Source: an uncultured Bacilli bacterium (GTDB lineage: Bacteria; Bacillota_I; Bacilli_A; RF39; UBA660). Taken from it: 64,000 bases of DNA. The stretch spans positions 4,313 to 68,312 of the forward strand of contig CANRKU010000003.1 of NCBI GenBank assembly GCA_947631295.1. The letters run 5' to 3'. Shown piece after piece: positions 10,559 through 21,200 of this stretch. The notes below the pieces were generated by a model that did not search any database, was not told the origin of the DNA, and worked only from the letters and a program-made list of their open reading frames with translations. The position numbers were made by a program, and so were the translations under genes. How positions within the stretch are numbered: the first letter of the stretch is position 1; each line of letters starts with the position of its first letter.

Positions 10559-10587
10559 ATCATATAATAAATTGTTTATTTAGTCAA
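10559..10587 (-). promoter_or_regulatory. Sigma-A-like promoter for the pilin-like gene
   Basis: On the minus strand: TTGACT, a 17-nt spacer, then TATGAT, about 25 nt upstream of the SD. Confidence 0.4.
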
Positions 10588-10622
10588 TTACTTATAAACT
10601 TATTGACAATTTTTTACATATT

Positions 10623-11591
10623 TTAATAATTATTAATTCCAACCTTATTTAATAAGTTCTGTAACACTTCAGAATTATTCATTCTTTCATCTAAAGGTGG
10701 CAAGACGAAGAAAGTTTTTATATTAGCTTCATATTCAAATTCCCTAATATCACTATCTGATAAAATGCTTTGAGCTAAAACCACTTTTCTACCAGCAAGT
10801 TTTTCAAATATCTTGCGATCTCTCCTCATCAATTTATTTAATTTAATAGTAGATGGTTCTATTAAATACAAAACTTCAGTACATACATCAATATTACCAT
10901 CTTTATTTAAATCAATCAATATAACACTAACATCTTTATGCCTTAATAATTCATTTGCTAACTGATCATGATTAACAGATAATAATTCTTTATCATTAAA
11001 ATATAGAAAATCTTTTTTATCAACCTCAATAGCCAAAACACTTTTTCCCATATTTTTTAATTCCTGTTTTAACATATAAGTTAACATAGTAGCACCAGAA
11101 TGATCGGTAATATTTTTGATTCCTAGGATAAAAGTACCTGTTGAAATAATATTATTAATAACAGTATTTCCACCCTCTGTACTAGTAGTCGTTGTAGTAC
11201 TATCGATATCATCAATTTGATGCAAATGAGCTACATCACGGTAAGTATTAGGATTAGTTAATAAATAATTAACGCCGTCTAAATTAGTAGTAAAATTATA
11301 AATTCCCATTGAAATTAATCTAGACAAAAATCTTGGAGATAAGCATTCAGGAGTATCAGGAAGTAAAACTATTATCTTTTCAACATCTAAAGACATAGAC
11401 AATTTCTGAAGATTACGAACATCCTGATAATTCTTTAAAGCAGTTAAATCCAATATCATTCTTCCAAAAAAGAAATTACTAAACATTTGAATTAACTCAT
11501 CTGCTTCAAAAATACCATGAATAGACTTAATAATTTCAATATCTAAATTTGATAATTCTGTTTGTCTTTCATTTGATATAATTACATTCAT
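10623..11591 (-). CDS. TadZ/CpaE-like ParA/MinD-fold protein with a degenerate P-loop
   Basis: 322 aa. The segment ILGIKNITDHSGATMLTYMLKQELKNMGKSVLAIEVD aligns to the deviant Walker A/ParA pattern (xGaKGGvGKTT ... rVllvDlD) but lacks the lysines. Confidence 0.35.
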   Translation of the reverse strand: MNVIISNERQTELSNLDIEIIKSIHGIFEADELIQMFSNFFFGRMILDLTALKNYQDVRNLQKLSMSLDVEKIIVLLPDTPECLSPRFLSRLISMGIYNFTTNLDGVNYLLTNPNTYRDVAHLHQIDDIDSTTTTTSTEGGNTVINNIISTGTFILGIKNITDHSGATMLTYMLKQELKNMGKSVLAIEVDKKDFLYFNDKELLSVNHDQLANELLRHKDVSVILIDLNKDGNIDVCTEVLYLIEPSTIKLNKLMRRDRKIFEKLAGRKVVLAQSILSDSDIREFEYEANIKTFFVLPPLDERMNNSEVLQNLLNKVGINNY

Positions 11592-11615
11592 AATTTCACC
11601 CTATTCTATTGATTA

Positions 11616-12110
11616 CTAGGAACAACTGCTAGGAAGTGCATCTACAGCTCCTGATGAAAATATTAAAGCAGTCTCTCCCTTTACTAAAAATAAATTTCCA
11701 GCAAATGGTAGCACATTATTAACCAATGGCAAATCTACATTAACAAAAGTTGCAACTGTATAATAAGCACCCTTATATAATGAATTATCATTTGAAGTTC
11801 CAGTTACATCAACTTTTGAATATTTATAGCAAAAGCTTCCTGCATCTAATCTAGCAACTTGATAGCCATTATTAGTACACCAAGTTTCAAATTTAGAATT
11901 CATTTTATAATTATTTTTCAACATTAAATCATTAATCTGATCCTTTGCTGAACAAGTAAAACCTTCGTTTTTTTCAATAATACTACGTATCTCATTCTTT
12001 ACACGAAAAGCTTTAGTGTAATTAACACTAAAAGCTAAGTAACAATTAATAATAATCATAAAAATGACAATAATTTGCAGTGTCATTGCGCCACTTATAG
12101 CATCTCTCAC
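11616..12110 (-). CDS. TadE-like pseudopilin
   Basis: 164 aa with an N-terminal class-III-like signal/anchor MRDAISG|AMTLQIIVIFMIIINCYLAF followed by a soluble domain. Confidence 0.4.
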   Translation of the reverse strand: MRDAISGAMTLQIIVIFMIIINCYLAFSVNYTKAFRVKNEIRSIIEKNEGFTCSAKDQINDLMLKNNYKMNSKFETWCTNNGYQVARLDAGSFCYKYSKVDVTGTSNDNSLYKGAYYTVATFVNVDLPLVNNVLPFAGNLFLVKGETALIFSSGAVDALPSSCS

Positions 12111-12127
12111 ACTATCACCACACTATT

Positions 12128-12277
12128 CTATCGTTCAATACAATTACCATATTGATCTTTTTGACTACATTTTTCAATTGCATTCCATTGATCTGTAATT
12201 GTACCTCTTATCTGTGGCCACATAAACCAGAAAAATGCAATAATCGCACCAATAGCAATAATTGTTACAACAGTCAT
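12128..12277 (-). CDS. Small pilin-like (Flp-size) hydrophobic protein, not in the ORF track
   Basis: Minus-strand ORF MTVVTIIAIGAIIAFFWFMWPQIRGTITDQWNAIEKCSQKDQYGNCIER (49 aa). GGAG lies 9 nt upstream. It is preceded by an extended -10 (TGTTATAAT) and a 7-codon uORF with a strong SD. Confidence 0.35.
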   Translation of the reverse strand: MTVVTIIAIGAIIAFFWFMWPQIRGTITDQWNAIEKCSQKDQYGNCIER

Positions 12278-12404
12278 ATTTAATTCTCCAGTTGCCTCTT
12301 TCATTTTCTCATCCTCCTTTATTGTATATATTTATATTATAACACATATTTAAATGATTACTACTATTATTTTTATTAATTTACACAATATAACTAAAAT
12401 TTAT

Positions 12405-13763
12405 TTAATAACTAGTATATACTTTATCACCAGATGGTAATGTTTCTAGATAATTAGCATTTTCAAGAACCCAATCCTTATATATCAAAGATAATTGCGT
12501 ATATTTTTTATCATTAAAATAAGAATTATCCAATATAAATAAACATTTTTCATTTTTACACTGATTTTCTAATTGAAGAACATATTTTTTTTCATTTTTT
12601 CCCATATTTCCATCATTAATTAAATCATAAAAAGATAAAGTTTCATTGCGATAAAGCTTAATTAAGTATGAATTATCCAAAAATAAATATATTTTTTGAT
12701 TTTTATATTTATTTAAATAAGATGAATATTCTGGCAAATATATATCCATATTAGCAGTAACTCTCTGAAATTTTAAATAACTGTCAATCGGAAAAATTTC
12801 CGAATTAGGAATAGGAATAATTAGAATTGTTATAATGAATCCAATTAATAAAAAATATTTTGTAATAAATTTTCTATTGCTTTTATCCTGTGACAATATA
12901 TAATACACAATAGGAATTAACATAGTAATGATATGATGATTATCAACAATCGGAAAAACAATAATTGAAAAACCAATCATGTATAAAATATTATCATTTT
13001 TAGTTTGAAAATAATCTTTTATCAAAAGGCTATAAACAATCAAAAGAACGAATACCCCATAAATATCTATATATAAGTTATCCATAAAATTTGTAAGTCC
13101 CAAATAGCATAAATCAATATAAGAAAGTAATGAATGGTGTAATATCAGATAAATAAGTATAGGAATAATTGGAATAAAAATACTAAAAAACACCTTTAAA
13201 TTTCTTTTATTAATAAATAAATATATAAAAGCTAAAACAAAACCAATATTTTGTTTAGTCATAATAATCATACCAATAATAATACCAATAAGAAAATCTT
13301 TTATTTTAATATTGGTATCATTTAATATTAAAATTGCCAATACTAAAACAGCACAAAAAGTATTATAGGTAAACATACAGGGAGATAGACCAATTACCAT
13401 AATTAAATATACAAAATCTAATTTCTTTGGTAATTTATAAAATGCAAAAGTGAGTATTAAAGAACAAATAATACTATTAGCAAGATTAAATATTAGAATA
13501 TAATTTCCAAAAACTTTTATAAAATACGAAATTAAAATATTGTAAAAAGGACCCACAATCATATTAAAATCACGATAAGGAATTAACCCATTAGCAATAT
13601 TATAACTAAAACCAAAACTCCATATATCATCCATACTAATTAAGTGGAAAAATGAAGATATTAAAAAAAGCAAAAAAACATTAATTATATAGACTAATAA
13701 ATATTTTAAATATCGAGAATTATGAAACATTACTGTACACCTCATATAATAACATAATAGCAT
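12405..13763 (-). CDS. Polytopic integral membrane protein (at least 12 TM). A Wzy/O-antigen-ligase-like or glycosyltransferase-like role is possible
   Basis: 452 aa, almost entirely hydrophobic helices with one about 70-aa loop. No ATPase or peptidase motifs. Confidence 0.45.
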   Translation of the reverse strand: MLLCYYMRCTVMFHNSRYLKYLLVYIINVFLLFLISSFFHLISMDDIWSFGFSYNIANGLIPYRDFNMIVGPFYNILISYFIKVFGNYILIFNLANSIICSLILTFAFYKLPKKLDFVYLIMVIGLSPCMFTYNTFCAVLVLAILILNDTNIKIKDFLIGIIIGMIIMTKQNIGFVLAFIYLFINKRNLKVFFSIFIPIIPILIYLILHHSLLSYIDLCYLGLTNFMDNLYIDIYGVFVLLIVYSLLIKDYFQTKNDNILYMIGFSIIVFPIVDNHHIITMLIPIVYYILSQDKSNRKFITKYFLLIGFIITILIIPIPNSEIFPIDSYLKFQRVTANMDIYLPEYSSYLNKYKNQKIYLFLDNSYLIKLYRNETLSFYDLINDGNMGKNEKKYVLQLENQCKNEKCLFILDNSYFNDKKYTQLSLIYKDWVLENANYLETLPSGDKVYTSY

Positions 13764-13793
13764 ATTTCTACTTACAAGACAATTCGTTTTATG

Positions 13794-13823
13794 TCAAAAA
13801 AAATGTAAGTAAATAACTTACAT
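13794..13823 (-). terminator. Rho-independent terminator after the tadC-like gene
   Basis: Hairpin atgtaagt-aaata-acttacat, followed on the minus strand by a T9 run. Confidence 0.5.
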
Positions 13824-13877
13824 TATAATCTTTAACTTTTTTTATGTTGTCGCAATCATCTACTATGGAATATCATT

Positions 13878-14663
13878 TTAAATATTAGCAAACATATAAA
13901 TCATAGAAATCAAAATAAGTACCATAACACCAGCACCAGTTGCTATTAACATAACCATGGTTTGACTTTCCATATGAGCTAGTCTTTCTTTATATTTTTG
14001 ATCTCTCGCTTTAGCCTGCAAATTAGATACAGTTCTTGAGAACATTAATAATCTTTCCTGCTTATCTTCTTGTTTACCTAAACCTAGACGATATAAAAGT
14101 CTCATCATTCTCATAGAATCTCTAACAGGATATTGATTAGCAAATTCCATATAAGGATCAATACTATAATCACCAGCATCTATTTTAGCAATCATTTCTC
14201 TTAATCCTGGTTTAAAAATATCAGGAGCATCATCAATTGATTTAGCAAGTGCAACTGGTACAGTATAATGTTGTATCAAAATCTCTAATCCTTTTAAGTA
14301 ATAAGGAAGCATAACATCAATATCATGCAAATGTCTCTTATAATATTTTTTTAAAGACGTATAATTTGATTTAAAAACTAAATATCCAACAAAAATAGAT
14401 AACACAATATTAATAGCACTAAGCTCAGTCAAAAAAATAAACAAGAAAACTACAATAACTAGAAATGCCATTTTTATTCTTTTATTAAATAAAACATTAG
14501 GATCTACACTATCACCATATTTAGCTGCTACTAAGAAATCATAATCCTCTTCTTTTAACATTTGAAAGACAACTTGATTATCTTGAATAAATTTCTTACC
14601 ATCTACCGTTCTATTATAAAGTAATACCCCAAGAATTAACGCCCCACAAATAATTACTTCCAT
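13878..14663 (-). CDS. TadC-like inner-membrane platform protein (T2SS-F fold)
   Basis: 261 aa. Topology is TM1, then a TM2-3 hairpin, a cytoplasmic domain of about 130 aa, and a C-terminal TM. It is paired with the adjacent paralog downstream of the ATPase. Confidence 0.55.
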   Translation of the reverse strand: MEVIICGALILGVLLYNRTVDGKKFIQDNQVVFQMLKEEDYDFLVAAKYGDSVDPNVLFNKRIKMAFLVIVVFLFIFLTELSAINIVLSIFVGYLVFKSNYTSLKKYYKRHLHDIDVMLPYYLKGLEILIQHYTVPVALAKSIDDAPDIFKPGLREMIAKIDAGDYSIDPYMEFANQYPVRDSMRMMRLLYRLGLGKQEDKQERLLMFSRTVSNLQAKARDQKYKERLAHMESQTMVMLIATGAGVMVLILISMIYMFANI

Positions 14664-15556
14664 TACTCAGCACCTACATTCTCGTTATAATATTTTTCTC
14701 CTTTAAGAAGAAAATAACTATTTACTATTAATACACCATGCAATATTAATAACATTAACGGGTTTCCTAGTATCGCAATGTAGGTTTCTCTACCTAATAA
14801 ATACTGTACTAACATAACCATCAAATATAACATAACACCATATTTTAAGAAAGATTTGTGGAAATTAGCTCTATCTATTCTATCACGATATACACTTTCT
14901 ACAAGCATATCGATATCAAGTTGCATATTTTCTAAAGATTCTCCAGAATCCTTGGCACCCTCTTTAGTAATCTGTAAAAATAATTGATGCATATTTTTGA
15001 CAATATAATATGGATATTTACTGCTCATAAATTGAATAGATTCATCAATAGAACCATTTTGATAAGCTAAAGATATCATCATATTAACATCAGTTAATAC
15101 AGGATCTTCTAATACACCACTTGCTACAACTCCTTCTAGTGATTTAACAAAACTTTGAGTAGTAGCAAATTCCATAATAGTATTTGTTGTATAAACTTGA
15201 ACTTGTTCAAAAATAAATTCACTATATACTCTTTTACATCTTAGAAATGCTAAATAAGGTATACATGCATTAGCAAGTAAGATATAAATAATAGATATCA
15301 ATAAATTATAAAAATAAAGATAAGAAATAACACCAGCAAATATAGTAAAAACAATAGACTGTGTAATATACTGTTTTGGTGTATATTCCTGTCCTAGTTC
15401 TTTGGTTTTTTCTCTTACTACTTTAAAAGAGTAAGGAGCAAATTTATCATAGACAATACTTGCTTGTTCTGTAATAAATTTATATACGTTTTGTCCTCGA
15501 TATTGTCGATAAACTAATACAAATAAAGTAATTAATAATATAATAATTAATTCCAT
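14663..15556 (-). CDS. TadB-like inner-membrane platform protein (T2SS-F fold)
   Basis: 297 aa with the same topology as the neighbouring ORF. Start overlaps the upstream gene. Confidence 0.55.
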   Translation of the reverse strand: MELIIILLITLFVLVYRQYRGQNVYKFITEQASIVYDKFAPYSFKVVREKTKELGQEYTPKQYITQSIVFTIFAGVISYLYFYNLLISIIYILLANACIPYLAFLRCKRVYSEFIFEQVQVYTTNTIMEFATTQSFVKSLEGVVASGVLEDPVLTDVNMMISLAYQNGSIDESIQFMSSKYPYYIVKNMHQLFLQITKEGAKDSGESLENMQLDIDMLVESVYRDRIDRANFHKSFLKYGVMLYLMVMLVQYLLGRETYIAILGNPLMLLILHGVLIVNSYFLLKGEKYYNENVGAE

Positions 15557-15569
15557 AACTTACACCCCT

Positions 15570-16958
15570 TTACGAGTTCTCTGGATTATAACTCATATTG
15601 CCACTTGAAAAATTATGAGTCTGCGGATTAATAGAAGTTGGATTAGTTGCAATTGGAGAAGGTATTACATAAGGTGGTACTCTTCTAATTTCTCCTTCTG
15701 CAGAATTGACAGAATGAATTGCTGGATTAACAGGACTAGATATTACAGTAGAATTAGAATTAGAATTTACTGGAATATTAGGTACAGTATTTACAGTAGT
15801 AGTTGGAGCAACAGTAGGAACTTCTTCTATTTTATTTTCTTCTACAATTTTATCTAAATCAAATTCTTCATTTATACCACTTCCTACAGCATTTCCAGAT
15901 TCTGAAGAAAAAGTAGTATTTCCAACATCAATATTTTGACCTGCCAAATAATCAATTAAATGTTTACTAGGTTGTTTTTTAATAATTTTACCTGTCATAG
16001 TCTTTTGATAGATAACATTATAAACAGGTTCATTTGTCTCATCATCGATATAAAACTCTGTAATTTCATCAATCTCACGATGAAACTTGCCATACTTTGG
16101 ACTAAAATAAGCTTTTATATGCACAGCAAGCTGTACATAACGATAAATTGTACTTAAGAATTGATCAACATCCAAATCAGTTTCCATCAAAGAATACATT
16201 CTATGTGGAACTGCACTTGCTTTATCAGAATGGATAGTAGATAAGATATTATGTCCAGAAGATATGGAATTACGAACAGCACTAACTGCTTCAGCACTAC
16301 GAACTTCTGATAATAATATCCACTTTGGATTTTGTCGCATACAAGTAACTAATACATCAGAATAAGAAGCAATATTATTCGTCTTCATTGCTACAATATC
16401 ACGATGTGGATAAATACGATCCAAGTGAAGTTCCAAAGTATCCTCAATCGTAATAATTTTTTCATCTTCTTTAGTATGACTAGCCAAATATTTAACAAAC
16501 TCAGTTTTACCACTACCAGTCTCCCCACACACAATAATATTACAGTGGCCTAAAACACATTTTATTAAAAAATCATGAATGTCTTTAGTAACATAATCTT
16601 CTTGTAATAGATTTTCCTCTTTTAAACGAATCTTAGCTGGAGTCTTACGTATAACTAATGCAATTCCATTAGTTGCAATTGATTCATGCACAAAATTCAA
16701 ACGTAATTCTGGACTTTCAGCATCCAAGAAGGGGCTAGCATTATTGAAAGTAGTTCCCATAACATTTGAACATTGAAAAGCTAATTTCTCCACTACGCTA
16801 TTATTGATATTAGGATTTTCAACTCGGTAAGAACCTTTTTCCAAAGAACGAACCCAAATTTGTCCATTATTAGTATAAGAGATATCCGTAATGTCATCAT
16901 TGTCAATATATTCCTTAAAAGCTCCAAAATCAAGTTGCTCAAACATATTGTCTTTCAT
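15570..16958 (-). CDS. CpaF/TadA-type secretion ATPase (VirB11/GspE superfamily) with a Pro/Asn/Thr-rich C-terminal tail
   Basis: Walker A IVCGETGSGKTEF, Asp box KWILLSEVRSAE, His box GHNILSTIHSD. There is a low-complexity C-terminal extension of about 90 aa. Confidence 0.8.
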   Translation of the reverse strand: MKDNMFEQLDFGAFKEYIDNDDITDISYTNNGQIWVRSLEKGSYRVENPNINNSVVEKLAFQCSNVMGTTFNNASPFLDAESPELRLNFVHESIATNGIALVIRKTPAKIRLKEENLLQEDYVTKDIHDFLIKCVLGHCNIIVCGETGSGKTEFVKYLASHTKEDEKIITIEDTLELHLDRIYPHRDIVAMKTNNIASYSDVLVTCMRQNPKWILLSEVRSAEAVSAVRNSISSGHNILSTIHSDKASAVPHRMYSLMETDLDVDQFLSTIYRYVQLAVHIKAYFSPKYGKFHREIDEITEFYIDDETNEPVYNVIYQKTMTGKIIKKQPSKHLIDYLAGQNIDVGNTTFSSESGNAVGSGINEEFDLDKIVEENKIEEVPTVAPTTTVNTVPNIPVNSNSNSTVISSPVNPAIHSVNSAEGEIRRVPPYVIPSPIATNPTSINPQTHNFSSGNMSYNPENS

Positions 16959-16987
16959 AGGACCCCTCCATTTATTCTTTTTCTTAT

Positions 16988-17815
16988 TTACTGAATTGTT
17001 GTAGAAGTATCATCTGTCCATACAGTAACTCTATTAATGAAATCTCTTAATGCTTCATTAGCAACTGCTACTTCACCAGGATTTTCTTTCGTTGACTCAG
17101 CTGTTGGAACTGGTATTAAAGTAACTTCATATGTTCTTAAATACATAGCTTTACGAAGTAAGATATGATACTCTTCAGGTACTGCAAAGATAATCTGTGA
17201 AGGTGTTTTAATATCCTCAGGATTATCAAATACACTATCTCCATTTGCATCTACTACATCAAGTACTTTAACATTTTCTAATAGTTTTCCTACCATAATC
17301 TTATCTTGTGTATCACTTGTAATATTTGCTTCATCAATTCTATTAACTGCTTTTAGATAAATATCGATATAATTACCAGGAAATACTTTATTACCATATG
17401 TATTAGCAGTATTAACACTCATATTAACTAAAACATAACCTTCTTGATATTCATAGATAATAGAATCTGGTAAATCACTTTGTGATACGACGCTACTTTT
17501 ATAAAACAAACTACCTTGTGGAATAATTGTTTTTACATTTGTATATTTTCCCACAATTTGTGAAACCTCAGTAATAGGGCTTCCTTTTAACATAGCAGGA
17601 GGTACTTCGATACTTCCTATCATATCACTGGTAATTTTCGTTCTTGCTGGAATCGTCTGTGTTGCATATGGTACAGTAATTGGATTAATTGCTGATTTAA
17701 TACGGTAATTATATCCAACGTATAATACTACTACAGCAAGTAGTACTCCTACTATAGTAACTGTATTTTTATTAGTAAAAAATTTTTTGATTGTTATTGA
17801 CATATTTCCTTTCAT
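16988..17815 (-). CDS. CpaB/RcpC-like Flp pilus assembly protein (SAF domain)
   Basis: 275 aa with an N-terminal TM. The SAF-like segment is ARTKITSDMIGSIEVPPAMLKGSPITEVSQIVGKYTNVKTIIPQGSLF. Confidence 0.55.
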   Translation of the reverse strand: MKGNMSITIKKFFTNKNTVTIVGVLLAVVVLYVGYNYRIKSAINPITVPYATQTIPARTKITSDMIGSIEVPPAMLKGSPITEVSQIVGKYTNVKTIIPQGSLFYKSSVVSQSDLPDSIIYEYQEGYVLVNMSVNTANTYGNKVFPGNYIDIYLKAVNRIDEANITSDTQDKIMVGKLLENVKVLDVVDANGDSVFDNPEDIKTPSQIIFAVPEEYHILLRKAMYLRTYEVTLIPVPTAESTKENPGEVAVANEALRDFINRVTVWTDDTSTTIQ

Positions 17816-17829
17816 AACAATTCCCCTTT

Positions 17830-18258
17830 CTATTCATAAACTTCTTTTAGAAGTCTATCTTCCTCGTATTTTGTTTCTAATATTGCATCTATCTTATTTA
17901 CAATATCAAAATCTTCACCAGCAAATGTTGCAACTGTGCTAGATCCTACTTGAATACTTACTTTAGGTGGTGTTTCATTTAAATCCAAAATTCTAATTTT
18001 GTAATTACGATCACGATTAACATTTTGAGCAAATCTTCTAACAAAACTTTCTAAAAACTTTTCGCGATCCATTCTAATGACTCCACCAACACGATAATAA
18101 GAACTATCAACAGCATCTAGCATTGCCGCCTCTGTTGTTTCTTCTAATAAATAATAGTCTAGCTCATTTCCTGTCTGATAATTTTGTACAATATTAACAA
18201 CAGCTAATGTTAATACTCCCAAAATAATAATTCCAACTAACGCCATTCCCTTACTCAT
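17830..18258 (-). CDS. Small N-terminally anchored protein, possibly a TadE/TadF-like minor pilin
   Basis: 142 aa. MSKG|MALVGIIILGVLTLAVVNIV is a prepilin-like hydrophobic N-terminus, followed by a soluble domain. Confidence 0.3.
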   Translation of the reverse strand: MSKGMALVGIIILGVLTLAVVNIVQNYQTGNELDYYLLEETTEAAMLDAVDSSYYRVGGVIRMDREKFLESFVRRFAQNVNRDRNYKIRILDLNETPPKVSIQVGSSTVATFAGEDFDIVNKIDAILETKYEEDRLLKEVYE

Positions 18259-18267
18259 ACATACCTC

Positions 18268-21200
18268 CTAACGTCCACCAAATATACTGGTATCGCAATT
18301 TGTACCATTAATAGCATTATTACATCCTGCAAGAAGCTTTCTATTGTCCATACTATATCCAGTAACACTATAAGTAATAAATGAATCACTTTCCTCCGTA
18401 CCACTATTACCGTTCACATTATCTAAAAATCTACTTGTACAAACTTGCATTCCTTTACTATTTTCATGACAACTCATATTATAATCTAAATAGTTTCGAT
18501 TTCCATCATTGTTATAATCCTTTACGTGCTTATTATAATCACGAATATTACGAATATTTTCTTTCGTCAAAACAAACTCATAATCGACTTCTGAAGAATC
18601 AACTGTAACATCGTAAATAGATTTTCCTTTATTTTGAATAACTGAGGTCAAAGCATCAGGATTAACATCTTCAGCACCATAATAGAATGAACGACTACTA
18701 TTTTTCGAAATAGCTGCACCAGTTGCTGTATCATTGATGATAGTTCCCGTCCAATTAAATCTAGGATCTCTGTTATTTGGGAATACATCTGTTAACTCTA
18801 TTGGTCTAAAAATATATTGAATACCTCCTAAAGATTTATCATCATCAAATGGACAAATTAATCCACAATCATCTGGAGAAGTACCATAGAAACATTGAAT
18901 ATCTACGCTATCATTATTAGAAACTTTACCCCATTGATTCCAAGTACCAATATTCTGTAACTCAACTTTAATATTTTTCTCATACTCAGCAGTTGATTTT
19001 GATAGAGGGATAGTTTCATCATAATAAGGCCATGTTTTATAGTTATTGATACCTAGTTTAGTAGCAAAACTAGTAAAATATTTATTATAAGGTCCAAAAT
19101 ATAAATAATTTTTGTCTTTTTCAGTATCCGTAAGCTCAACCGTTGTATTATAAACTACATCTTTAGCAGAATCTAAAGCACCCTTATCATTATTAAATGA
19201 ACCATCTCTAGTAATATAAGCAGCACCAATCTTCAAATTGATTGTTCTAGTTAAAGTATAACTATCAGTAGATAACCCATCTCTAACCCCACTTCTCTCT
19301 TCGGAATTTAAGCCACTTAAATCAGTATCATTTGAAACAGCAGCTATCACAACATTTGTACCAGTATTTTCATTGCGTTTAACATCGTCCGTTTCAGAAG
19401 AATAAATTCTATTACCAGATCCTGTATTACTAAATACGGTCTGAATAATATCATTTGTATTATATTTTTCATCAATAGTCATTGTATATATTTCATTTTT
19501 AAGTTTATCAGGATCAACTTTTTGAATAGCAGATAAAACATCCTTGTATTCTAGATAAGAATCTGTTACCTCATTGTAAAATTCACCAGTAGGATCATCA
19601 ACACAATCAGTACCGCTTCTAAATACTTCATAACATTTTGTAGCTTCATCTTCACTTGTTCCATTACAACTATCTAAATATACAAAATTTACATCATGCT
19701 CGGAAGTACATGATGTAGCATCACAAGTAATGCCACAAGGCCCTTCACCTGTTTCATTGTTATGATTCTCCTGCCACCAACCAGAATTGCTATTTCCAGA
19801 AACAACACATTCGCTACTAACAGGATTTAAGGTATGTGGATTACCTCGATTTTCTTTGGTTCCTCCAATCTTTGTTCTAGAATTTTGAGCAACAAAAATA
19901 GCTTGATAAGATTCCGTATTCGTACTCTTTAAAAAAGTACTTTCTGGTTTAATAGAAATACTACTAAGTTTATTATTCTTATATACTTTTTGATAGCAGG
20001 AATTAATACATTCTTGTGTATATGTCCCCTGATCACAAGTATCAATACAATCATCAAAATCTTGATTTGGCCCAGCTCCTGATTGTCCAGTATGATTAGT
20101 AGGTCCACCCCAACACTCAATTCCATATTGACATTCATCTTTTAAAATCGGTTGAGAAATTTGAATTGGTTGACAAGTTCTTTTAACAATAGCAGTAGCC
20201 TCATAACTAAAACCAGCCCCCGCCTGAACAGCTTTCGGAGTATCATATTCTAAATAAAGTTCTTCAGTACACATTGCACTCCAATATTTACCTTCTCTTA
20301 AAACTGTTTTATATGTTGCTACTGGTGCATTAGTATCAGTCTTCTTGTTTTGAGTTGCATCAAACTGACAAGTAAAAGTATCTATAGAGGCATTATTGTC
20401 AGGATTAATGTCAGCATTTAATATTTCGTTAACTAAATTCCATTTTTCATTGATATGAGCATCAAGATAAGTTAGTTTACTTTTAGAAATAGTTTCAGAA
20501 TAACAATCATATAAAAAATTAGCCAACCAATTGTTTCTACCTGGAAATCTTTCACGCATCCATTTACATATATCACTATTATAAAGTCTATTAGATACAT
20601 TAGAAGGAGTTACTCCTTGATAATATCCTAAATATGCATTACCACAAGCACCACCCAAATCTCCTTTAAATACCAAATAATATACAGTATCAGCTGGAAT
20701 CGTCATGGTAAAAGTACTTTTTCCAGCATCTCTCTTAATTATTCTATCATATCTTCGTGGTAATCCAGTAGCATCATCTACATTACAATTATCTTCAGCA
20801 CAATATTCAACAGTAATATTATCTGCTAAACTTATATATTTTTCACTTAAATCCATCGTAATTGTATAGCTCTCACCATTTAATTTTTGGGTCATAGTAT
20901 TTTTTAAAGTTCCAGCTGCATCATTATAAGATGGATGATAACATATAGTATACGTATAATTATTACCCTCAACAGCATCAATAGCGCAAGAAGAAAGTGT
21001 AGCATTAGCATCAAAACTATTTGCACCATTACATATAGGATTTACTCCTACTCCATTTGAGCAGGCACCATTAAATTTAGAACAGAAACAATTTTTTGGA
21101 CTATTATTACCAAATACATCACTTTTGATAATTGAATTAAGTGAGACATTGCTTCCTGCCCCAGAAATATCATAAGTAGTTCCCATAGCACCTACATAAA

